A stretch of DNA of 64,000 nt from Planctomycetota bacterium (lineage in GTDB: Bacteria; Planctomycetota; UBA8742; UBA2392). The position numbers and the translations under genes were made by a program. The notes beneath the pieces were generated by a model, which saw only the letters and a list, made by a program, of their open reading frames with translations, searched no databases and was not told the DNA's origin. The DNA lies in assembly GCA_019636215.1 (NCBI GenBank), contig JAHBXZ010000011.1:34697-98696 (forward strand), written 5' to 3'. Below are positions 9,201-17,739 of the stretch, piece after piece; the stretch's first letter is position 1, and every line of letters starts with the position of its first letter.

Positions 9201-10703
9201 CAGGCCATGGCGCGCAAGGACTCCGCCGAGGCCGTGGCGCTGATCACTGCGGCCCTGGACGACAACAGCCAGCGCCCCCGCCGCGGCGAGATCAACGCGC
9301 AACTAGCGCTGGCACACGCCCGCGCCGGAGAAAAGCTGCGCGCCAGGCTGGTCGCTGCGCGCACGTTGCGCGAGTTCCCTGACGGCAAGCTGAAACAGGG
9401 CGAGGGCGAAGTGTCGTTCAAGGAGCTTCTGGGCCCGATCGTGGGCGCGGCGGCAGAGGCCAGGGCCGCCACGGCGCCGGTGCGCCTGCCGGCCCAGCCC
9501 GTGGAACTGTGGAAGCGCGACTGGGAGACCGGCAGCTTCACGAAACTGCCGTCCCACCCGGCACAACAACCCGCGCCGCGTGTGTACCTGGGCGAAAGGT
9601 CCCAGCGCGGCTTTGAACTGGTGTCACTGGACGGCCCCAGCGGCGAATTAGTCTGGAGCCGCTCGATTGATGTCAGCCTGGTGGCGGCCCACGACACCGA
9701 GCACGGTGTGCTGTTTGAAACCGCGCAGGGTCTTGCCATGTTCGATGACGCCGGCAGCGAACGCTGGTCGCTGGCAACCGGCGGTACACCCAACCAGACG
9801 TGCATCCGCGGCGGCATGCTGGTGTTCGGCACGCGATTCACCCACAACACGACACGCAAAATGATGGTGCGCGTATCGGCACTGGACCTGGCGTCCGGTG
9901 GGCGCATGTGGCAGGCCGAGTTCGAGGCCAGCCTGCTGCGCTGGGTGGAACAATGCGACCACGGTGTGCTGTTGCTGCTTTCCGGCAACGACCAGCGGCT
10001 GTGCCTTCTGGACGCCGAAAGCGGCGCCGTCGTCAAGGATGTGGTTCTTGATGTCACCGGCCAGGTGAACGTCGCGCCGGTGCTGGACGCCGGGCTGGTC
10101 TGGGTGGTGGACGTTTTCGGCGCCGTGCGAGCCCATGCCGAAGCAGACCTTGCCGGCAAGGCTGCCTTTGCCACCAACCAGCGTGGTGCTTCGTTGCTTC
10201 GCGTGGCCGATGGCCGCGTGCTGACGGCCGGCGGCGAAGGCGCAACTTGCATTGAGATTTCGACCGGCAACACGGCCTGGACGCGGCCCCTTGACCGTGG
10301 CGAGCTGCTGCGCGGGGCCCAGCTTTCCGGCCAGACGCTGTTTCTGTGCACGCGCGACCCGGCAGGAGTTGCCAGGGTGCTGGGCGTCAAGACCACCGAT
10401 GGCACTGTGCTGTTCCGATACACCGCGCCCCGCGCCGGCGACACCGACCGGCTGGAAGTTCAGGCCAGCGCCGCCTTTGACGGCGGGCTGGCGATTGCTT
10501 ACTCGGTTCATTCCATGGTGCAGGGCAGCCTGCAGCTGATTGAGTTCCGGCTTGTGTTGCTCAACACGGACGGAACCGAGCGCATGAGCTGGGCCAAGGG
10601 GCTGACGGCGGCATCCATCAGCGTGGCACAGCTGGCGCTGACCGACGGGCACCTGCTGCTGGCCTGTGCCAACGCGACCTTCTGCTTTGGCCGAAAACCT
10701 TAA
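6213..10703 (+). CDS. Giant secreted TPR/PQQ-repeat beta-propeller protein (1,496 aa)
   Basis: GGAGG precedes ATG 6213; signal peptide MRRLPTVLALSVLLGVVAWAQW. The PQQ-propeller motif D..(S/T)G...W recurs at least 9 times (VDSGTGRLLWKL, LNPVSGEVKWSL, LDAASGEIRWRL, LDGPSGELVWSR, LDLASGGRMWQA, IEISTGNTAWTR ...). TPR-like alpha-helical blocks lie N-terminal and central. Confidence 0.8.
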   Translation: MRRLPTVLALSVLLGVVAWAQWRPMREDPAADPKAFDITTRADLEDSIRRVESLRSQLREAKTDREKQVVTESILGLCQDELARQANASGAIVTERSRDPLTPGMATRWKGAFLVLEEMIRSLGPEGLAHYERLYGPRAERLLQEAQQSQDQAAMEGINRRFGLTRAGSRAAVLLATFRWEAGDISGAARALERALNAPELIADGPRASLCAWLGHCYRELGERANLARLAEQAAPLAEQVIDQGGTRVPLAEVLRRNLAEARDTSADTLSASGVDWPGGNHTNTGLHALPTDYAQIAWSRLLPRLAASAQPAFMNYPRPVIGPFLPMCDGNAVYVNTGDRLAAYDLVGGGTGDEPLWACKPFPTFEHNWRTTEPDPAMILPVSGWRGTLFAALENPLTTALHDRNPDPMFGLYSHYPQARRALCAVDSGTGRLLWKLGGLYEGSPDDVTSFLYATVHDGTLYAIGSRLPMFSEVYLYALNPVSGEVKWSLRVCYGQQETTMFGRPSRTPYPSLFAISGGNMYLCTNLGGVVSVDLSRRCLNWISRYDYVPRPITKYTETYYRDVTWANNPTFYAEIAGRGYLVIAPTDSSQMFGLDAASGEIRWRLDREALLGGGRVLVGLRNGVAWVAGDGGFAGDAGSRLRGVDVRLGRVTSTIRVTPVDRAATMALHGRPAMAGNRIFWPGWFGRDCALCEVDLDSGRVSNSAYVPSSYAGWGYSVFCQNGILFTISGTDSTRANNQLAVRFNQSALLDSTRKAAQADPSSAEAALRYGLLALRLADSAEGLKQLRAAFELAGRAPVNTRVRDHASRALVAWHLRQADVSLAARKTQDALGSVAQAREFALQRSQRSECFMRQERALTAMNNPQTLLELFQGLVDTDPDFGVGEDPEIPAATYGRIRLAAIMETRDPAQAAGLYQQIQESPERLAWQGVKLRALGLDRLRELVKAHGRQIYAPQEKAASDLLVVNTPESLARLLRLYPLAHAADEAVLRLASQAMARKDSAEAVALITAALDDNSQRPRRGEINAQLALAHARAGEKLRARLVAARTLREFPDGKLKQGEGEVSFKELLGPIVGAAAEARAATAPVRLPAQPVELWKRDWETGSFTKLPSHPAQQPAPRVYLGERSQRGFELVSLDGPSGELVWSRSIDVSLVAAHDTEHGVLFETAQGLAMFDDAGSERWSLATGGTPNQTCIRGGMLVFGTRFTHNTTRKMMVRVSALDLASGGRMWQAEFEASLLRWVEQCDHGVLLLLSGNDQRLCLLDAESGAVVKDVVLDVTGQVNVAPVLDAGLVWVVDVFGAVRAHAEADLAGKAAFATNQRGASLLRVADGRVLTAGGEGATCIEISTGNTAWTRPLDRGELLRGAQLSGQTLFLCTRDPAGVARVLGVKTTDGTVLFRYTAPRAGDTDRLEVQASAAFDGGLAIAYSVHSMVQGSLQLIEFRLVLLNTDGTERMSWAKGLTAASISVAQLALTDGHLLLACANATFCFGRKP

Positions 10704-10707
10704 CGCC

Positions 10708-10747
10708 GTTTCACTGTTCGTTTGCAGGCTTCCGCTTGCGGCGGGCT
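10708..10747. repeat. Solo copy of the MITE/REP-like left arm, immediately 3' of the giant gene
   Basis: gtttcactgttcgtttgcaggcttccgcttgcggcgggct is near-identical to 1230–1270. No matching right arm lies downstream. Confidence 0.55.
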
Positions 10748-10788
10748 GATGCTGACCGCACAACCAGCGGGCGCTATACTTTGCACCC

Positions 10789-11748
10789 ATGACCGACCTG
10801 CGTGAATTCGGCCGTGCCGTCCTGGCCCAGGAAGCTGAGGGCCTGCGCCTGTTGCAGGAAATGATCGGCCCATCCTTTGAGGCCGCCGTGAAGGCCGTGA
10901 TTGATTGCAAGGGCCACGTTGTGGTAACCGGCGTGGGCAAGCCCTGGTTGATCGGCCAGAAGATCAGCGCCACGCTGGCCAGCACCGGCACACCCAGCTT
11001 TGCCCTGCACCCCAGCGAGGCCGTGCACGGCGACCTTGGCCGGATCCGCAGCCACGACCTTGTGGTGGCGCTGTCCAACAGCGGTGAAAGCGAAGAAGTC
11101 ACCCGGCTGCTGCCCGTGCTGAAACGGCTGGGCTGCAGCATTGTCGGCGTTACCAGCAACCCTGAAAGCAGCCTGGGCCGGCACAGCGACCTGCTGCTGC
11201 CGCTGCCCAAGGCACCAGAGGCCTGCCCGATCGGCATGGCGCCAAGTGTCAGTACTACGGCCATGCTGGCGCTGGGCGACGCGCTGGCCCTTGCGGTAAT
11301 GAAGGCCCGCAACTTCACGCGCGAGGATTACGCCCGTTTTCACCCCGGCGGGGCCCTTGGCCGCAGCCTGATGAAAGTGGCCGAGATCATGCGCCCACTG
11401 GAAGAAACTGCGCTGGTAGGCGTAACCGCCGTTGTGGGCGATGCCCTGCACGCCATCACGCTGCACAAGACCGGCGCGGCCTTTGTCGTTGAACTTGGCG
11501 TGCTGCGCGGCGTGTTCACCGATGGCGACCTGCGACGCCACGTGCAGGATGAGTCCCTGCTGTCTACGCCCATCGTCGATGTGATGACCAGCCCGTGCCG
11601 CAGCATCCACGTTGATCGGCTGGCGCCAGAGGCCGTCCGCATCATGGTGGAAGGCCGCCGCATTGGCGAGCTGCCGGTCGTGAACGACCAGGCCAAGATC
11701 CTGGGCCACATCGCGTTGAAGGACCTTGTGTCGATGAACTTCATGTAG
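10789..11748 (+). CDS. Arabinose-5-phosphate isomerase, KpsF/GutQ/KdsD family (SIS + tandem CBS domains)
   Basis: SIS motif VVTGVGKPWLIGQKISATLASTGTPSFALHPSEAVHGDLG; C-terminal CBS pair; 319 aa. Confidence 0.85.
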   Translation: MTDLREFGRAVLAQEAEGLRLLQEMIGPSFEAAVKAVIDCKGHVVVTGVGKPWLIGQKISATLASTGTPSFALHPSEAVHGDLGRIRSHDLVVALSNSGESEEVTRLLPVLKRLGCSIVGVTSNPESSLGRHSDLLLPLPKAPEACPIGMAPSVSTTAMLALGDALALAVMKARNFTREDYARFHPGGALGRSLMKVAEIMRPLEETALVGVTAVVGDALHAITLHKTGAAFVVELGVLRGVFTDGDLRRHVQDESLLSTPIVDVMTSPCRSIHVDRLAPEAVRIMVEGRRIGELPVVNDQAKILGHIALKDLVSMNFM

Positions 11749-11755
11749 CCCGGCT

Positions 11756-13645
11756 TTGCAGGCAGATCGGTCGCGATCCATGCCCAAGACGTTCACATTT
11801 GATGCCGAGTTCGACGCCCCGGTCACCGAGGTCTGGCGCGTTGTCAGCGACACAGACTTGATTGACGGCGCGATCGGCCTGCCGGCAATCCAGTACCGCG
11901 ACGAACCCCAGCCCGACGGAACCTCGCGGCGCTTTGCCAGCCTTCGCAAAATGGGCATCCTGCTGGCCTATGAAGAACTGCCTTTCACCTGGGTTCACGA
12001 GCAGATGTACGAGGTGAATCGCATCTTCAGCAAAGGCCCGTTTCGCACCTTTCGCCACACCTGCGAACTGTTCCCGCGTGACGCCAATGACCCCAACAAG
12101 GGTTGTCGCGTCAAGACCACCTTCACCATCGAGACTGGCGGCCTGCTGGGGTTTGTGGCCCAGCGTGGCACCCGGACAGATGTGCTGGGGCCTTACCAGA
12201 AGCTGTTTGCCGACCTGAACCAGCGGCTGCAGAAGAAAGTGAAGCGCGAAAAGAACCACAGCGTAATCCTGCAGCGCCCGGTGCCGATGGATGAGATCGA
12301 CACCCGAGACCGTGAACAGGAACGGGCAAGGCTGGCCGAGTTCGTGGCGCGCGCCCGCAAGTACCTGGATTCGCCGCTGATCGATAAAATCGGCGACGCA
12401 GTTGGCAGATACCCCGACGAAGCCCTGCGCCGCATGCAGCCCAAGGCCTTTGCGCAACGCTGGAAGACACCGCGCGACGATGCCCTGAACGCGTTTCTTG
12501 CCGCCACCCGCGCGGGCCTGCTGAAGATGCGCTGGGACATCATCTGCCCGCATTGCCGCGGCGACAAAATGAACCTGGCGACACTCAGTGAAGTCCAGGA
12601 AAAGGCCTTCTGCCCGAGCTGCAACATCAACTTCGATGTTGACCTTGACCGGTCCCTTGAGGCCGTGTTCACGCCCCACCCCCAGGTTCGCGACGTGCCC
12701 CAGGCCCACTATTGCCTGGGCGGGCCGGGCACCACGCCGCACATCGTTTACCAGAAGCTGCTGGGCCCCGGTCAGGAGCACGTCTTCAACATCAGCCTGG
12801 CCGAGGGTCGCTATCGCGCGCGCTTTTCGGGCTGCGCCGAGTACCGCTGGCTGGATGTCGGCCCAGCACAGGAAGGCGAGCCCACTTGGGTGATCGGCGC
12901 GCAGCAGGTCATCGGCGATGACGTGAAGGTGCGCGGCGGCGGGCCGATTGCCATGAAGTTCCGCAATGAGAGTGCGCGCTCGGTGCTGGTTGCCATGGAA
13001 AGCGTCGAATGGGCCAAAGATGCGCTCAGCGCAGGCGAACTTGTGGCCGACCAGCGATTTCGGGACCTGTTCAGTAACGAAGTGCTTGCCCCCGGCATCA
13101 AGCTGGCCGTTGAGCGCACCACCATTCTGTTCACGGACCTGGTCGGCAGCACCGCCATGTACAACGACCTGGGTGATGCCAAGGCCTTCAGCCTTGTGCG
13201 CACGCACTTTGACATCCTGCACGAGCTGGTGCAGCACCATCAGGGAGCGATCGTCAAGACAATCGGCGACGCGATCATGGCCGTGTTCACCCGCCCCGAA
13301 AACGCCCTGCGCGCCGCCCACGAGCTGCACCGCCAGGTCGACAAATACGTGCGCGAAAAGGGCCACGACCGCGGCGTGGAACTGAAGGTCGGCCTGCATG
13401 AAGGGCCCTGCATTGCCGTGACGCTGAATGAGCGGCTTGATTACTTCGGTACCACCGTCAACCTGGCCGCCCGGGTGCAGAACCTGAGCCAGGGTCGCGA
13501 CATCGTGGTCACCATGGCGCTGGCCCAGGGCACCCGCGAATGCGAGCCCCTGCGCGAACAGGGCTGGCAACCCCAGCCCATGCAGGCCTACGCCAAGGGG
13601 TTTGCCGAGCCTGTGCCCGTGCTGCGCTTCACCCGCCCGGACTGA
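11756..13645 (+). CDS. Multidomain class III adenylate/guanylate cyclase (SRPBCC-like N-domain, Cys4 zinc ribbon, cyclase)
   Basis: The C-terminal part carries class III cyclase catalytic motifs (FTDLVGST, KTIGDAIMAVF, TVNLAARVQN). Central CPHCRGD...CPSCN forms a Zn ribbon. The N-terminus MPKTFTFDAEFDAPVTEVWRVVSDTD resembles START/Bet v1 (polyketide_cyc2) folds. The start is either TTG 11756 or ATG 11780. Confidence 0.8.
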   Translation: MQADRSRSMPKTFTFDAEFDAPVTEVWRVVSDTDLIDGAIGLPAIQYRDEPQPDGTSRRFASLRKMGILLAYEELPFTWVHEQMYEVNRIFSKGPFRTFRHTCELFPRDANDPNKGCRVKTTFTIETGGLLGFVAQRGTRTDVLGPYQKLFADLNQRLQKKVKREKNHSVILQRPVPMDEIDTRDREQERARLAEFVARARKYLDSPLIDKIGDAVGRYPDEALRRMQPKAFAQRWKTPRDDALNAFLAATRAGLLKMRWDIICPHCRGDKMNLATLSEVQEKAFCPSCNINFDVDLDRSLEAVFTPHPQVRDVPQAHYCLGGPGTTPHIVYQKLLGPGQEHVFNISLAEGRYRARFSGCAEYRWLDVGPAQEGEPTWVIGAQQVIGDDVKVRGGGPIAMKFRNESARSVLVAMESVEWAKDALSAGELVADQRFRDLFSNEVLAPGIKLAVERTTILFTDLVGSTAMYNDLGDAKAFSLVRTHFDILHELVQHHQGAIVKTIGDAIMAVFTRPENALRAAHELHRQVDKYVREKGHDRGVELKVGLHEGPCIAVTLNERLDYFGTTVNLAARVQNLSQGRDIVVTMALAQGTRECEPLREQGWQPQPMQAYAKGFAEPVPVLRFTRPD

Positions 13646-13740
13646 TTGCGTCCCGGCAACTACCTGCCGGTTGACCCGGCGGCAACCCTTTCGCAATCCG
13701 TGACGGCCTCTATGATTGGGCCAACCCACAGGATGGAACC

Positions 13741-14574
13741 ATGAAAGGCCTTTCCCTGGTTGGCGCGTTGCTTGGCGGGCTGGTCGGCGCCGGAATCTGG
13801 CTGGTCGCCATTGCCGTCGATGGCGGGCCGCTGGGCATTCTAGCCCTGGGTGTTGCTGCCGGCGTTGCCGCAGGTGCCATTCTTCTCAACTCTACGCCCA
13901 GCGGGGCGATTCCCGCGGCGGTAATCACGCTGGTCTTCTGTGGTGTGGCCAAGTTCGCGGGCATTCCGATTGCGCTGGACCGCGTTCAATCGTCGATCAA
14001 GACCACCTTTGAGTTCAAGCAGTACGACCTGTACATGGCCGACGCGGAGGCCTATTCGCACATGTCTCCGGCACAGGTGGAACAGTGGCTGCAGGGACGC
14101 AGCCCCTATGACGCCGACCGCGACGGCACCATCAGCAGCTCCGAACGCGAGGTGTTCGGCCGCTTCTGGGCTCCGCGACTGGCGCAGTGGGCCAAGAATC
14201 CGCCCGTTGCCGAGACCTGGGCGACACAGATCACCCAGGACTGGCACAAGGAAACCGGGGAAAGCATCGACGGCAAAGGAATGGCCGCCGAGTTTCTTGC
14301 CCCGCTGCAGATTCTGTTTCTGATCCTGGCCGCCGTCGGCGCCCACCAGGCCGTGGCGCGCATCAGCCTGGAAGAAGCCCGCGAACGCCGGCGCACCAGC
14401 AAGATCACGGCCGGCGTGATTGACCTGAACGAAGACATCGGAAGCGGCGTCAATATCCAGATGGCCGCGCCGGGCCAGAAGAGTGCCCGCGCACCAGAGG
14501 TCAAACCTGCCGCCGCCAAGCCCGCTGCCGCCAAGCCGGCGCCGCAAAAGCAGGACCGTCCGCCCGGCATGTAA
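13741..14574 (+). CDS. Membrane protein with a canonical EF-hand Ca2+-binding loop and a Lys/Ala/Pro-rich C-terminal tail
   Basis: 3 N-terminal TM helices; [12 protein letters not shown] is a textbook 12-residue EF-hand loop; a fourth TM helix follows; tail is [14 protein letters not shown]. Confidence 0.65.
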   Translation: MKGLSLVGALLGGLVGAGIWLVAIAVDGGPLGILALGVAAGVAAGAILLNSTPSGAIPAAVITLVFCGVAKFAGIPIALDRVQSSIKTTFEFKQYDLYMADAEAYSHMSPAQVEQWLQGRSPYDADRDGTISSSEREVFGRFWAPRLAQWAKNPPVAETWATQITQDWHKETGESIDGKGMAAEFLAPLQILFLILAAVGAHQAVARISLEEARERRRTSKITAGVIDLNEDIGSGVNIQMAAPGQKSARAPEVKPAAAKPAAAKPAPQKQDRPPGM

Positions 14575-14617
14575 TCCGCCGCCTTGCCGGGCCGTCTTTT
14601 CGCGTTACTCTTCGGCC

Positions 14618-15791
14618 ATGCGCGAAGACCTGTTCACACGCCTTAGGACTCTCAAAGACCGCACCGAGAAGCTACAGGTGTCGCTTTGACTACCCCAGCC
14701 TGCAACGCAAGCTGACCGCCGTAGAAACACGCATGAACGCCGACGGCTTCTGGAACGTCCAGGAGACCGCCCAGAAAACCGTTGCCGAAGGCCGCAAGCT
14801 GCGCGCGCTGGTTGACCCTCTGCGCAAGCTTGACAAACAGATGGCAGACGTTCAGGCCATGCTTGACCTTGCCAACGAAGTCGAGGACGAAGCCACGTTT
14901 ACCGAGGCCGAAGCCGAACTTGTCGCCGCAGAAGCCCTGTACGACAAGATCGAAACCCAAAGTCTGCTGAACGAACCCGGCGACGAAGGCAACGTGTTTC
15001 TCAGCGTGCAGGCCGGAACCGGCGGCACCGACGCCTGCGACTGGGCGGCCACGCTGTATGAAATCTACATGCGCTGGGCGCGCATCCACGAGTTCGACAT
15101 TGAACAGATCGACATGCAGGAAGACGAAGTCGCGGGCATTCGCAGCGCGACGGCGCTGATCAAGGGCCCGTTTGCGGCCGGCCTGCTGCGCGGCGAGGTT
15201 GGCGTGCACCGGCTGGTGCGGATCAGCCCGTTCAACTCGATGGGCAAACGCCAGACCGCCTTTGCCAGCGTGGACGTGGTGCCCGAAAGCATGGCCGACG
15301 ACATTGAGGTCGAGGTGAAGGACAGCGACATTGAGCTGAACTTCAGTCGCGCAGGCGGCAAGGGTGGCCAGAACGTCAACAAGGTGGAAAGCGCCGTGCG
15401 CATCACGCACATTCCCACGGGCATTGTGGTCAGTTGCCGCAGCGAACGCAGCCAGCACCAGAACCGCGCCATCGGCATGGAATTGCTCAAGAGCAAAATC
15501 TGGCAGATGGAACGCGCCAAGCGCGACGTCGAGCTGGCCAAGCTGTACGGTGCCAAGGGCGAAGTCAGCTTCGGCAACCAGATCCGCAACTACGTGTTGA
15601 ACCCCTACCGGCTGGTCAAGGACACAAGGACCGGCATGGAAGTCGGCGACGTGGACAGCGTGCTGGCCGGCCACATCGACGGCTTCATCGAGACCTACTT
15701 GAAGTGGTTCAAGGAAAAGAAAAGCAAAGCCACAGCCAAAGCCGAAGCCGCCGAGGAAGCAAAGAAGCAGGCGGCTGAGGTTGAAGACTAG
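14618..15791 (+). CDS. prfB: Peptide chain release factor 2, requiring a programmed +1 ribosomal frameshift at 14684–14690
   Basis: Frame 0 reads [23 protein letters not shown] then hits an in-frame TGA in the canonical CTT TGA C shift site (aggtg SD-like element 3 nt upstream). The +1 frame continues DYPSLQRKL...SPF...[23 protein letters not shown]...SQHQNR (GGQ motif), and the N-terminal peptide aligns with E. coli RF2 LRGYL|DYDAKKERL. Confidence 0.9.
14684..14690 (+). other. prfB programmed +1 frameshift site (CUU UGA C)
   Basis: Sequence caggtgtcg CTT TGA C tac, with in-frame UGA at 14687–14689. Confidence 0.85.
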
Positions 15792-15943
15792 CCCGTGAGC
15801 CCCAGCCGAAAGGCCGTAGGTCGCCCGCCAGTTCCGGCGGGCGCGCATGGCCTGCCACAGTGCCCACTCCTAAGTGATTTCATTGCCCCCGGCCCGGCGA
15901 AACATACGCTTATGCTGTTCTCACAAACGGCATCCTGCACACC

Positions 15944-17662
15944 ATGACTATTCCCCGAACGTTGCGCATGCTCCTGGGCGTCACGGCCCTCCTCGCCCTG
16001 ACCGGCTTGGCCTTGGCCGGACCAGACGAACAGAAGCCGGCACAGCCTTACATCCTGGTCCAGGTCGATGACGACTTGCTGCAGTTTCGGGTCAAGCACC
16101 AGGAGAATTGGACCAACCTGTTCTTTGACACGTTGTACCAGTGGGTGCCCGGCCCCCAAGGCGCCGAGCTGAAGCCCTGCATTGCCGACGGCTGGCCGGA
16201 GTGGTCCGACGACAAACTGATCTGCACCATCAAGCTGCGGACGGACGCCGTGTTTGACGACTTTGCCGGATTTCCTGACGGAAAAGGCCGCCGAGTCGAA
16301 GCGCTTGATGCGATCAACTCGATCAAGTGGCTGGCCAAAGGCCGTCACAAAGACAAGTTGGCGTCCGACATTCTGCTTCGCGGCAGGATTGCCGGTCTGG
16401 ACGATTTCGCGGCGAAAGCAGGCATAACTCGCGAATGGACCTACGAAGACCGGTCAACCGAGGTCGCGGGACTGACCGCCAAAGACCAGTACACGTTGCA
16501 GGTCACGCTGACCCGGCCCTGCGGCCAGCTGCCTGCACTGCTGGCCACACCGTGGCTGCCAATCTGGCCACTTGAGGTGCTTGACGTGCCCAGGGACAAA
16601 CGGGATCGCAATAAACCCTTCGCCGGCACGGGACCAATGCAGCCGGTTGAGTTCGATAGCGGCTGGCCCAATATGGTGCCCCGAAAGTCCCACTTCGCCG
16701 ACCCCAAGTCCCCCCCGCCGCTTAAACGGGTGTTTGGTTCGACTCGCAGTGTTGTCGACGCGCTGCGCGAGATGGGTGGAGCCAAACTTGACTTCTGGAT
16801 CGTCCCGGACGACCAGCTCTTTGCCACCAATCAACTTCGGGGCGAACACGACACGATTCACTTCGGCGATCAGGAAGCACTGCATTACCTTGGCTTCAAC
16901 ATGCAAAGAGCAACCTGGGGCGGCGACAGCGACGACAGCCTTGCGCTGCGCAAAGCAGTCTGCGATCTGATCGACCGGGAAGCCATTGCACACGAAACGA
17001 TGAAGACGGAGCCGTGGCGGGCCACCCGCGGGCTGCTGCCGCCGATTCACGGCGTGACTGCGCCGAAAGAGGCCGAGTTGGCATCGGCCCGCAGTGTGGA
17101 CGCGATCAAACAGGAGCTGCATAACAACAAGTTCCGGCATGACCCGGACAAAAACGGCAACGTCTTCACGCTTGAAGTGGTCTGCGCCGATCCGTCGTTT
17201 GACCCCAAGACACTGAAGCACATCGAAGCCCCATTGAGCCAAGCGGGTATCGCCGTGAACTGGAGACCTCTTGGCCAGCAAGCGTTCGAAGATGCAATGC
17301 GCGAGGGTAGTTACGACGCGGTGTTCTTTGGATGGAGCAACGATTGGGCGGACCCGTTGTGCATGCTCGAAAGACTGCACTCGCGCAATGCGCAAGCCCA
17401 TTGGGTGTTGTCAGTGCCCTGTCGATACAAGAACGATTCCTTTGACAAGTTGATCGAGAAAGCCGAGTCCATAGCTCTGGATCCTGGCCGCGCAGGCGAA
17501 CGCAACAAGGCCATCGGTGAGTGCCTGAGGCACCTCGCCAAAGACCTTCCCTATGTGCCAATCGCGGTGCCGCAACGGGCATGGCTGGCACAGCCGGACA
17601 TTGATGTGCCGCAAGTGCCTGTCAGCGGCCGTAACACACTGCGATTCCTGAAGTTCAAGTGA
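15944..17662 (+). CDS. ABC transporter substrate-binding protein, family 5 (peptide/nickel/opine type), paralogue 1
   Basis: Signal peptide; DppA/OppA-like motifs (WTIKLRTDAVF-type, TGPMQPVEF); 572 aa. Confidence 0.8.
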   Translation: MTIPRTLRMLLGVTALLALTGLALAGPDEQKPAQPYILVQVDDDLLQFRVKHQENWTNLFFDTLYQWVPGPQGAELKPCIADGWPEWSDDKLICTIKLRTDAVFDDFAGFPDGKGRRVEALDAINSIKWLAKGRHKDKLASDILLRGRIAGLDDFAAKAGITREWTYEDRSTEVAGLTAKDQYTLQVTLTRPCGQLPALLATPWLPIWPLEVLDVPRDKRDRNKPFAGTGPMQPVEFDSGWPNMVPRKSHFADPKSPPPLKRVFGSTRSVVDALREMGGAKLDFWIVPDDQLFATNQLRGEHDTIHFGDQEALHYLGFNMQRATWGGDSDDSLALRKAVCDLIDREAIAHETMKTEPWRATRGLLPPIHGVTAPKEAELASARSVDAIKQELHNNKFRHDPDKNGNVFTLEVVCADPSFDPKTLKHIEAPLSQAGIAVNWRPLGQQAFEDAMREGSYDAVFFGWSNDWADPLCMLERLHSRNAQAHWVLSVPCRYKNDSFDKLIEKAESIALDPGRAGERNKAIGECLRHLAKDLPYVPIAVPQRAWLAQPDIDVPQVPVSGRNTLRFLKFK

Positions 17663-17739
17663 ACCGCGATGCGTGGATTCCAAACGGCGCCTGGTCGTCG
17701 CCGGGCATTGAACTGACCGCAGCAAACCGGAGGTTGAAC

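Noticed and set aside
6243-11318. Minus-strand ORFs of 447, 309, 430 and 556 aa antisense to the giant PQQ gene and kpsF
   Set aside because: Low-complexity Arg/Ala-rich products that overlap well-supported plus-strand genes.
11741-13729. 662-aa minus-strand ORF antisense to the cyclase gene
   Set aside because: No motifs. The plus strand carries canonical class III cyclase signatures.
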